From: Squalus acanthias
Lineage: Eukaryota
Direction: 5' to 3'
Assembly (NCBI GenBank): GCA_030390025.1
Contig: JASTWF010000353.1
Span: 310,001 to 374,000 of the forward strand
Length of the DNA stretch: 64,000 bases
This document shows positions 27,601 to 38,613 of the stretch, in pieces. Within the stretch, counting starts at the first letter, position 1, and the number at the start of each line of letters is the position of its first letter. The notes under the pieces are model-generated. The model was not told the origin of the DNA. It did not search any database and saw only the letters and a program-made list of their open reading frames with translations. The translations under genes were made by a program, and so were the position numbers.

Positions 27601-29918
27601 AACACTCCCAGGGCAGTTACAGAACGGGTTAAATACAGAGTAAAGCTCCCTCTACACTGTCCCATCAAACACTCCCGGGGCAGGCACAGCACGGGGTAGA
27701 TACAGAGTAAAGCTCCCTCTACACAATCCCATCAAACACTCCCAGGGCAGGTACAGCACGTGTAAGATACAGAGTAAAGCTCCCTCTACACTGTCCCATC
27801 AAAAACTCCCAGGGCAGTTACAGCACGGGTTAGATATAGATTAAAGCTCCCTTTACACTCTCCCCATCAAACAGTCCCAGAGCAGGTACAGCACAGGTTA
27901 GATACAGAGTAAAGCTCCCTCTACACTGTCCTATCAAACACTCCCAGGGCAGGTACAGCACGGGTTAGATACAGAGTAAGATCCGTCTTCACTGACCCAT
28001 CAAACACTCCCAGGGCAGGTACAGCCTGGGTTAGATACACAGTAAAGATCCCTCTACACTGTACCATCAAACACTTCCACGGCAGGTACAGCAGGGGTTA
28101 GATACAGAGTAAAGCTGCCTCTGCACTGTCCCATCAAATACTCCCAGCAAGGGTTAGATACAGAGTAAATCTCTCTTGCAATATTCCATCAAACACTCCC
28201 AGGGCAGTTACAGAACGGGTTAAATACAGAGTAAAGCTCCCTCTACACTGTCCCATCAAACACTCCCAGGGCAGGTACAGCACGGGTTAGATACAGAGTA
28301 AAGCTCCCACTACACTCTCCTATCAAACACTCCTAGGGCAGGTACAGCACAGGTTAGATACAGAGTAAAGCTCCTTCTGCACTGTCCGATCAAACACTTC
28401 AAGGACAGGTACAGCACATGTTAGATACAGAGTAAAACTCCCTCTACACTGTCCCATCAAACACTCCAAGGGCAGGTACAGCACGCATCAGATGCAGAGT
28501 AAAGCTCCCTCTACACTGCCCAATCAAACACTCCCAGGGCTGGAACAGCACGTGTTAGATACAGAATCAACCTCCCTCTGCACTGAACCATCAAACACTC
28601 CCAGCGCAGGTACAGCACGGGTTAGATACAGAGTAAAACTCCCTCTAAACTGTCCCAAAACAGTCCCAGGGCAGGTACAGCATGGGTTAGATACAGTGTC
28701 CCATCAAACACTCCCAGGGCAGGTACAGCATGGGTTAGATACAGAGTAAAGCTCCCTCTACACTGTCCCATTAAACACTCCCAGGGCAGGTACAGAACGG
28801 GTTAGATACAGAGTAAAGCTCCCTCTACACTGTCCCATCAAACACTCCCAGGGCAGGTACAGAACGGGTTAGATACAGAGTAATGCTCCCTCTACACTGT
28901 CCCGTCAAACACTCCCAGGGCAGGTACAGAACGGGTTAGATACAGAGTAAAGCTCACACTACACTGTCCCATTAAACACTCCCAGGGCAGGTACAGCATG
29001 GGTTAGATACAGAGTAAAGCTCCCTCTACACTGTCCCATTAAACACTCCCAGGGCAGGTACAGAACGGGTTAGATACAGAGTAAAGCTCCCTTTACACTG
29101 TCCCATCAAACACTCCCAGGGCAGGTACAGAACGGGTTAGATACAGAGTAAAGCTCCCTCTACACTGTCCCATTAAACACTCCCAGGGCAGGTACAGAAC
29201 GGGTTAGATACAGAGTAATGCTCCCTCTACACTGTCCCATCAAAGACTCCCGGGGCAGGTACAGCATGGGTTAGATACAGAGTAAAGCTCCCTCTACACT
29301 GTCCCATTAAACACTCCCAGGGCAGGTACAGAACGGGTTAGATACAGAGTAATGCTCCCTCTACACTGTCCCATCAAACACTCCCAGGGCAGGTACAGAA
29401 CGGGTTAGATACAGAGTAAAGCTCACACTACACTGTCCCATTAAACACTCCCAGGGCAGGTACAGCATGGGTTAGATACAGAGTAATGCTCCCTCTACAC
29501 TGTCCCATCAAAGACTCCCGGGGCAGGTACAGCATGGGTTAGATACAGAGTAAAGCTCACACTACACTGTCCCATCAAACACTCCCAGGGCAGGTACAGC
29601 ACGGGTTTGATGCAGAGTAAAGCTCCCTCTACACTGTCCCATCAAACACACCCAGAGCAGGTACAGCACGGGTTAGATACAGAGTAAAGCACCCTCTACA
29701 CTGTCCCATCAAACACTCCCAGAGCAGGTACAGCAAAGGTTACATACAGAGTAAAACTCGCTCTACACTGTCCCATCAAAAACTCCCAGGGCAGGTAATG
29801 CATGGCTTAGATACAGAGTAAAGCTCCCTCTACGCTGTCCCATCAAACACTCTCAGAGCAGGTACAGAACAGGTTAAATACAGAGTAAAACTCCCTCTAC
29901 ACTGTCCCATCAAACAAT

Positions 29919-30581
29919 TGAGAGGTCGCGCAACACCAGGTTATAGTCCAACAGTTTTATTTTAAATCACAAGCTTTCGGAGTTACAACTCCTTCGTCGG
30001 GTGAAGTGAGGAGATACAGAATCGTCAAAGCATATATAGATACAGAACAATGCATGTGTAACTTACAATTGCAGACAACTAAATTCAATCATCCTGACTG
30101 TTTATCTGCCGAGGTGTGATAAAGTTAATCAGGTCAGCCAGGAAGGTACCACATCAAAGACATAGCAAGATACAACTGAGACAATGAAGTGGAGTCACAT
30201 GGAGTCTAATGTGTCAAAAGCTGCCGTCTGTATGTAAAACGATTAACCATAAAATTTTTACTTTTTTACTGGGAATCACATCTGTGAACAAGCCAACGAT
30301 GACTCGAGTCCGGATCACGTCATGTATCGTGACATAAACCCAAGATCCCGATTGAGACCGTCTTCATGAGTGCGGAACTTGGCTATCAGTTTCTGCTCGA
30401 TGATTTTGCGTTGTCGTGTTTTCCTAAGGCTGCCTTGGAGAACGCTTACCCGCAGATCCGAGGCTGAATGTCCTTGACTGCTGAAGTGTTCCCCGACTGG
30501 GAGGTAACAATCCTGCCTGGCGATTGTTGCGCGGTGCTCGTTCATACGTTGTCTCAGTGTCTGCATGGTCTCGCATCATGA
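29919..30581 (-). mobile_element. 5'-truncated, inverted Penelope-like insertion with 12-bp target duplication
   Basis: ccatcaaacaat at 29907-29918 and 30582-30593. Minus-strand pLTR plus endonuclease remnant, followed by a short plus-strand tail cgcatcatga. Confidence 0.88.
30315..30566 (-). pseudogene. C-terminal remnant of a Penelope GIY-YIG endonuclease
   Basis: TLRQRMNEHR...PVGEHFS..GH...IIEQKLIAKFRT...GLNRD matches the recognisable C-terminal half of Penelope GIY-YIG domains. Confidence 0.85.
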
Positions 30582-30833
30582 CCATCAAACAATCCCAGGG
30601 CAGTTACAGAACGGGTTAAATTCCGAGTAAAGCTCCCTCTACACTCTCCCATCAAATACTCCCAGAGCAGGTACAGCAAAGGTTAGATACAGAGTTAAAC
30701 TCACTCTACACTGTCCCATCAAACACTCCCAAGGCAGGTACAGCATGGCTTAGATACAAAGTAAAACACCTTCCACACTGTCCCATCAAACACTCCCGGG
30801 ACAGGTACAGCACGGGTTAGATACAGAGTAAAG

Positions 30834-32472
30834 TGTAAGGGGTGGCCTGTGGCTCTGTGCTTAGCCTGAGTGCTAGTGCGGGGTTAGGCCTTGTTGCCTG
30901 TTCTGGTCTCCAGCCAGCCTGGTAACACTAGACACCTGTGAGTGGTTCGACCCACTCGCCCTTACGGTTCTGACACTGGACTAAGGTGCGAGAGCAATAA
31001 TGCAGAGAAAACTCAGGTAGACCCGGTTGAATAGTGCGAAATGGAAAATCTTTATTGCATATTATTCAAGATTACAAAATACATGTCATAAGCACAGATT
31101 AATGACAGTACAATCTTACACACAGTTATGTAACTAATTTTACGGAAACGAGGAACGCAGGACACATCGTAAAAGGGGGCACACATTACAATTATCCTTA
31201 AAACTTAAACCCTCCCCTATCAATACCTGTCCTAAATTAGATTTGTAGGATCGAGACTCATGCTCACCACTCGTGATAACTCGGAGAATTCCGAAACTCT
31301 GCTCGGATGTTTTTCCTACAGCACCTGACTACCCACGTATTGATCAGGGGTCTCCGTACCCCACTTGTTTACTCGTTTCTGCTCCGGCTAGCAGGCTGGA
31401 CCGTCTGCTGTCATGAAGATCTGTGTTGTCCTCGGAGTTCCGACACTACTCAAAAAATAGTCTTCCTGTGCCCTCACACCGGTTCGATAAAACTCGAAGA
31501 ATTGTCTTCCTGGGCAAGGAAAGTGTTTATTCGACTTACAGGCGCGGTCGGGGCTTACTGACCGCGGCGATACGTATTGTCGTCTTCTTCTCTTCTCATC
31601 TCATCTCATCTCATCTCATCTCGGGCCTTCGGTTCCAACACCGTTTACCGACTTCTCGGGATGGTGTGCCCGTTTCAAGGCCTCACAGCCCAGTTCTACA
31701 CAGATCTTCGCGGCAAGCCACGAGGTTGATCCTGGCGGATCAGAGTCCAGAGCCGTCAGGCAAGAGAATAAAAGTTCAATAGTCTTCCTGCGAGTCAAAC
31801 AACAAGAGCAGCAAGAGGCAGAGGCAGCAGTCAAGAGAGACAGATGGACGGTTGTACCTTACAGTTATAGTGCTGTAATTCCTCTTTTCCCGCCCAATCT
31901 TAATGTCTTTCTTTTGTCAGGGTTTTGGCGCTCAAACTTCTTGTATAGGGTGATCTCCGTTTTTAATGGGTTTCGGTGATACTTGTAACTGTCTGAGTAC
32001 CCGTTAATACTTCTCCCATTGTGGAACCGGCCAGTATTCTCCCTGGAGGGGTTTTGGGGCTTCCAAATGTTCTCTGTAACTACCCGCAAACGGCTCTCTC
32101 ATCGTAGAGTCGTGGGGATTTTGCATATTAATGTCTTTGGATGGGTTCTTGATCGCTCGGTACAATAGCCCATATTCGCACCTGGGAGACCGATTACAGT
32201 ATTTATGTATAAAATGCAAACCCATTATGTCTTGTCAATTATCTCATATGTGCTGAGTCCTGTACGATCTTGCACAAATGTTTATTGGAACGCCATCTTG
32301 TCTGCTCATTGAAAGCCTAGAACGTTCTGCCACGAGGCGTGGCGGCCATTTTACAGGCTGTTTGTGTCCACTTTGAAAACCTGACAGCATTCTGCTGAAA
32401 TAAAGCTGTTTGTACGAAACTATATGTCTCCTTCTTATTTTATAAAATCGTGATAATTTTGCGAATTCTACA
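30834..32472 (-). mobile_element. Solo LTR (1639 bp, subfamily I) with 4-bp TSD AAAG
   Basis: TG...CA termini (tgtaagg...ttctaca). aaag at 30830-30833 and 32473-32476. Homologous to the proviral LTRs. Confidence 0.95.
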
Positions 32473-33487
32473 AAAGCTCCCTATACACTGTCCCATCAAA
32501 CACTCCCAGAGCAGGTACAGAAAAGGTTAGATACAGAGTAAAACTCCCTCTACACTGTCCCATCAAACAATCCAAGGGCAGGTACAGCATGGCTTAGATA
32601 CAGAGTAAAGCTCCCTCTAGACTGTCCATCAAACACTCCAAGGGCAGGTACAGCACGGGTTAGATACAGAGTAAAGCTCCCTCTACATGATCCCATCAAA
32701 CACTCCAAGGGCAGGTACAGCACGGGTAAGATACAGAGTAAAGCTTCCTCTACACTGTCCCATCAAACACTCCCAGAGCAGGTACAGAACATGTTAAATA
32801 CAGAGTAAAACTCCCTCGACACTGTCCCATCAAACACTCCCAGAGCAGATACAGCACGGCTCAGATATAGATTAAAGCTTCCACTACACTGACCCATCAA
32901 ACACTCCCAGGGCAGGAACAGCATGGCTTAGATACAGAGTAAAGCTCCATCTAGACTGTCCCATCAAACACTCCAAAGGCAGCAACAGCACGGGTTAGAT
33001 ACAGAGTAAAGCTCCCTCTACACTGTCCCATCAAATACTCCAAGGGCAGGTATAGCACGGGTTAGATACAGAGTAAAGCTCCCTCTAAACTGTCCCATCA
33101 AACACTCCCAGGGCAGGTACAGCACGTGTTAGATACAGAGTAAAGCTCCCTCTACACTGTCCCATCAAACACTCCCAGGGCAGGTATAGCACGGGTTAGT
33201 TGCAGGAAACGGCTCCCTCTACACTGCCCCATGAAACACTTCCAGGTCAGGAAAAGCACAGGTTAGATACAGAATAAAGCTCCTTCTACAATGTCCCATC
33301 AAACACTCCAAGGGCAGGTACAGCATGTGTTGGATACAGAGTAAAGCTCCCTGTACACTCTCCAATCAAACAATCCAAGGGCTGGTACAGCACGGGTGAG
33401 ATACAGAAAAATGCTCCCTCTACATTGTCCCATCAAACACTCCCAGGACTGGTACAGCACAGGTTAGATACAGAGTAAAGCTCCTTC
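32473..33487. repeat. 67-bp satellite, continued
   Basis: Same monomer, somewhat more diverged. Confidence 0.95.
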
Positions 33488-34847
33488 TGTAAGGGTTTTC
33501 TCTCTGAACCTGTGAGATTCGTGTGGCTCTGTGCAGCCTGGATGCTGGTGCGGGTTTAGGCCTTGTTGCCTGTTCTGGTCTCCAGCCAGTCTGGGAGCAC
33601 TAGACACCTGTGAGTGGTTCGACCCACTCGCCCTTACGGTTCTGACACTGGACTTAGATGCGAGAGCAGTAATGGAGATAAAACTCAGGTAGACCCGGTT
33701 GAATGGTACGAAATGGAAAATCTTTATTGCATATTATTTAAGATTACGAAATACATGTCATAAGCACAGATTAATGACAGTACAATCTTACACGCAGTTA
33801 TGTGACTAATTTCAGGGAAACGAGGAACGCACGGCACATTGTAAAAAGGGGAACACATTATATTTATCCTTAATAAAACCACCCTCCCCTATTAATACCT
33901 GCACTAATCTAGATTTGTAGGATCGAGGAAGCATGCTCACCACTCGTGATACTTCGGAGAATTTTAAAGTAAGGCACTCGGCTCGTTTCGCTGCAGTTCT
34001 TTCTTGTATTTTCGGGCGCGGTCGGGGTTTACTGACCGTGGCAGTACGTGGATTCTTCTCCTCTTCTTCTCGTCTCGTCTCATAGTCAACAGAGTCCAGA
34101 GAAAAACAGAAGGCTGCTCGTCCAGCAGAGCGATACCCGAGGATCAGAATAGGAGAATAAAAGTTCAGCAGTCATCAGCGAGATCAATCAGTCAAGAGTC
34201 CAGCCCGAGTCAAGAGTCAGCAGAGATATGAGTCGAATCCAGAGAATCAGCCCTTGATGGACATTTGTTCACTAGTTATAGTGCTGTGTTCCCTTATCTC
34301 CCGCTCAAGTCTTAATGTTTATCCTTTGTGAAATGCTGGTGCACAAAACTCCCAGCATGGGGCGATTCTTTCCTTTAATGGGTTTCGGTAGCACCTTAAA
34401 CTGGCCAAGTAGCCGTTAATGTTTTCCCCATTGTCGAGCCGGCTAGGAGTCTCCCTGACTGGGTTTAGGGCCTTCTCGAATACTGATATGTGTATTGCTG
34501 TGTCTGGATGGGCCTTCGATTGCCCATTACAATGGTCCTTACTTGTGCATGGAAAATGATTCCAGCACTTATATCTTTGCTATTGTGTCGAATGCAGACA
34601 GGTTGCACCCTGTCTTTATCAGTGTTTGGTGCATATTAACCAATCTGATACTGAAATGTTTATTCGAACGCCATCTTGTCTGCCCACTGTATTCTGGAAG
34701 CTTCTGCCACGATGCTCGGCGGCCATTTTACAGGCTGCTTGTGTCCACTTTGAAAACCTGACAGCATTCTGCTGAAATAAAGCTGTTTGAACGAAACGAT
34801 GTGTTTTCTCCTTATTTATAAAATCGCGATATATTGCGAATTCTACA
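33488..34847 (-). repeat. 3' LTR of provirus 1 (1360 bp, subfamily II)
   Basis: TG...CA termini. Direct repeat of 44222-45583. Confidence 0.96.
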
Positions 34848-34860
34848 GTCCCTCCTGTTG
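34848..34860 (-). promoter_or_regulatory. Polypurine tract of provirus 1
   Basis: Minus strand caacAGGAGGGAC abuts the LTR start TGTAGAATTC. The same sequence occurs at 59031-59043. Confidence 0.8.
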
Positions 34861-35296
34861 ATGCGAATAACTCCGCTTATCGTATCAAAAATATTGCGGT
34901 GAGCAATATTATCTCGATTTCTCCAGATCCAGAAAATTAATCCCATAATTTAAACTATCTAGGGTCTTTGCGTCGTCCTTATTTCCCAAGAAAATTACAT
35001 TTTATAGCACCGTAGGCAGTATTTGCCTTCAAACTTACACCACTTGTTTTCCTTCCAGGCGTAACCAGGCCGATGCCTCTCGTATCACCTGTATATTCAT
35101 ATTTTTATTTTGGGAAAGGAAAAACAAAACAAAACCAAACAATCATTTTTTTTAACTACAACACCATCACCAAAATAATCAACACCAACTCTTAAACATG
35201 TCGAGTTCCAAACGTATTTATAGTTTCCGAAAAAATCACGGTCGAGTACAAACTTCCGCGGCGCACGTGGCAAGCGGGAGTGACGCCATTTTCCGA

Positions 35297-37648
35297 TTAC
35301 ACGGTGCTTTCATCGTGCACGCGCACGTAACGTTCTCGCCACTCTCCCGTGTTTTCGTGCTTGGTGAGGCGTTTGCCTCTCTTACAATGTACGACCAATA
35401 GTTACACTACAATAAAAACTTGGCATACAACTAAAATGTGGGAGGCTATTCTGATCCAGGACGGCACTTCAATATTGGTGAACAGATTCCACAACGGTGG
35501 AATTACTATGTCCAGAATGTCTGTCCCTATTTCGACAGTTTTCTGCTCTAGTGTGTAAAAATGTTTTTGTGACACCGCGACGGCTTTCAAAAGCTTGGTG
35601 AGGTGTTCAGGGAGAGGGGGAATGATGTATCCGAAATGCGCGACGAATCGCTGTAAGTCGGTGAAATTCTCTTTTACTGTTAGAGGAACAGTGGATGGTT
35701 CAGGGATTGGGAAAATTCGCTGTTGTGCTACTTGAACTTCCGCCCTGGGTTTGAAACAGAAACTGCTGTCACTCACCGGACACCGGCTACGGTTTCCATG
35801 CTGGTAGTGTTGCGCTGCAGTGGTAACACAATATGTTCCACCCCCGATGTATGCTACCTGCGGAGGCACATGATCTTGTGCCATTGCCTCCATGGTGCAA
35901 TTCATGGACTTGGCGCCAGCCGTTCTGAACCCGCACTGTGGTGTTAAAAAGGCATTCAAGTGCTGGGGACACAGTATTATGTGTGCTCCCCTGCCACGAC
36001 AACCAGAGAGATCTGTACCTGTCATCGTTTGCTCCCAGCGGATGACGTAAGGTGGAACCGCTGCATAGCGAATGTGGGCTCCCCCCTGAATGACACCAAT
36101 GTTCTCTACCCGATACACCGGGGCGGGCTTTGCTGTGTCGCCCAAAACCGGCATACGTAGTACTATACCCATGATAGTATGGTTTGATCGTCCGCAGTCC
36201 ACGGGGACTGGGTATGCTTCTGAAGCTAGCCTGAGCTGGCACGGACTTAATGCGTTCTGAAAAGGGTGGAGCGCCCGCAGGTGTTTGTTACTTATCCAGG
36301 ATGGGACCAAACCTTGTTTTAAATCCTCCAAATTACTGCGGCCCTTGCCCAGTAACCACGCCCCGTAAAGCACGCACACCTCATTCTGCGCAGCTTGATC
36401 GGATGCATTCCGATCTTCCCTAATCAGGGCATTTACCGTCTTTGCATGTTTCTCTAACTCTGCTATAATTTCCTTTAAATGGAGAGTCATGGCTTGGTCC
36501 TCGTGTAAACCCGACCCTACCACTTTATTCTCATCTGTTAGAATGTCTTTTAATTGTGTCTTTAAACCATTAATCTGGGTCTGCAGCTCCACACTGTCTA
36601 GAGCGTTGACCACAGATGTACCTGTGTTGAAAGCAGTGAACGCGTCGTTCACAACACCCCTTCTTTGCCTCCCTACTTGATCCAAAACTTCATGTGGTGC
36701 GGTGTACAAGCTTGTTTTATCAATTTCCGCGAAATCGAATTCGTAAAATTGTCTGAACATCTTGGTCAACAGGACCTGATACAACTGTTCCGTCTTTTTG
36801 GGGCACCACTCTGGTAACCGCACCTCGGTGAGATTTAAAATCACCGAGGCCACCGCGTAATGTACCCCCTGGAATAGTATCTGGTCTGTGGGGACCAGTA
36901 CCAAACCATTCCCGGGTCCCTTACTAGTTTTTGGACACCCTTCCTCCTCAGCTAGAACCACCGGAATCGTGGGCGGGGCTTTGCGTGGGCGCGTAATGAG
37001 TTCAGTGGCATTTACCGGGATCGAAGAGTATGGGGCTCCGCACCCCCTGGTGCTCGCATCCCACCTCATCCCCTGTCCGTTATCCTGCCATTGATTAATG
37101 AAAAATATGGAGATGCCTTTGGGGCAAGCGTACTTTGACCCCCACATGCATACATAAATTCCCTCATCCGGTTCCCACCATTTGTCCCAACAGACTCTCA
37201 CTTGTCCGTTTGTCCCCGTAATTGTCCGATGGGTATTATTACCCAGTCGTTCCCACTCGACCGAAGAGTTCCTCATAGTTTTGCTCAGCTTTCGCAGCCA
37301 CCACCATCGGCTCAATGGGACATTCCCACTACAAGTCAAACAAATCCGTTTGCCGACGGTGACGCTGATCCTGGGTGCGATGATCCTTACTTTGGGGCAC
37401 ATTAAAGAAGTCTCTTGGTAGGCAAACCCCGATGTGCTGGAATACTCCGTTGAGTTCGTTCCCAGCCATCCTGGCCACCTTCCCTTGTGGAAATAGGTGG
37501 TGGTCTCCTCTGCCTCCCGTCTTCCGGTCCCATCCACCGCGATGGGGGCCGTGTCCCCGGAGCATCCAAACACCACGACATCCTTGGTGCGGCCTCGATA
37601 GGCCAATCCACATCCGATTGCCGCGAGCAATACTAGAATTCGTTCCAT
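35297..37648 (-). pseudogene. env: Envelope glycoprotein of provirus 1 with a premature stop in the TM helix
   Basis: Signal peptide MERILVLLAAIGCGLA and furin site RQRR. TAC in the other two copies is TAA here (35402-35404), removing the last 35 residues. Confidence 0.88.
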
Positions 37649-37964
37649 CCTTCCTTGGTTCCTGTGATCAGATAGAATGAGGTAGCCAGCCTCGCAAGAG
37701 TCTCTGGCTTTTGTGAAGGGTGAGCGGGTCCCCTGACCTCGCCTCACGTAAACTTCAATGTTCGCTGAATAAACTTTAACTAAACCTATCTCTAAAGCTC
37801 CCATCATTTTATCATTTTCTGTTAAAATTAAACTACAAACTTAACCTTATTTAAAACTATAAACTTATAACCTTATCTAAAACTATAAACTTATTCTTAA
37901 CCTTAAACTATAAACCTAGAAACTTATAAACTGTACAGCGCCGCCCGTACTCAGGGCGGCCCCT

Positions 37965-38613
37965 TTAAATTCTGAGAAGGCTGCTGCGAGCTCTTCCCGA
38001 CGGTGGGAGGGCACTGACCCTTTCCTTTGATCTGCCGCAGCCTGTTGCTGTTGCGATGGGACCGGATCCTATCTGGGCTGCCTTAACCTTAAGTCTGCGC
38101 CTTGGGGCAGTCTGGGGACATGACCACATCTTCCTGGGCTGGGGGTGCCCGACCTGACCTACGAGGAGTTGTCGGGGGCATGAACCCCAGGACCGACGGA
38201 CCGGGTTCCGAGACTTCCATCGGGACGACCTGTGGTTCCACCACAGTCGCTGACTCCGCCTCCGCTGACTCCGCCTCCCTAACCTCGGGACTTGCAGCTT
38301 GTGGCTCCGCCCTGCTCGGCCCAGCAGGCGGCCCTTCACTCGCGATCCCTGCCTCCCCCGAGGGCGGGACGTTCAAAGCGGGCGGCTCGGGCTCGGAGGT
38401 TCTCACCGTCACTCCCTGTGTTCCCACAGCGGCTGGCTCCGCCTCCCCTAGCTCCTCCCTCCTGTGTTCGGGACCTGCAGCTTGTGGCTCCGCCCTGTGC
38501 GGATCTCCATCTGCAGTCCGTGTCCTCCCTATACCTAAAATGGGGACGCCCCTTACGTTCCCCAAAACCCACTCGCCTTCATCACTATCCTCATCTGACT
38601 CCCATCCCCACAT
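37965..38613 (-). pseudogene. Frameshifted acidic/Pro-rich C-terminal extension of Pol
   Basis: ORFs 38089-38613 and 37965-38339 are consecutive pieces of the tail that is continuous in 62099-63997. A 14-nt deletion lies near 38613 and a +1 in a homopolymer near 38143. Confidence 0.85.

Larger units (their letters stand above)
10020..30833. repeat. 67-bp satellite array, consensus GGGCAGGTACAGCACGGGTTAGATACAGAGTAAAGCTCCCTCTACACTGTCCCATCAAACACTCCCA
   Basis: Roughly 300 tandem monomers directly visible, interrupted by four Penelope insertions. Confidence 0.98.

Noticed and set aside
13553..28749. Short ORFs inside the 67-bp satellite
   Set aside because: Chance frames in tandem monomers that recur only because the blocks are duplicated.
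31307..34761. Short ORFs within LTRs, also at 44738-45497, 48333-50762 and 57231-58616
   Set aside because: Mostly antisense, often with non-ATG starts, and not conserved between LTR subfamilies.
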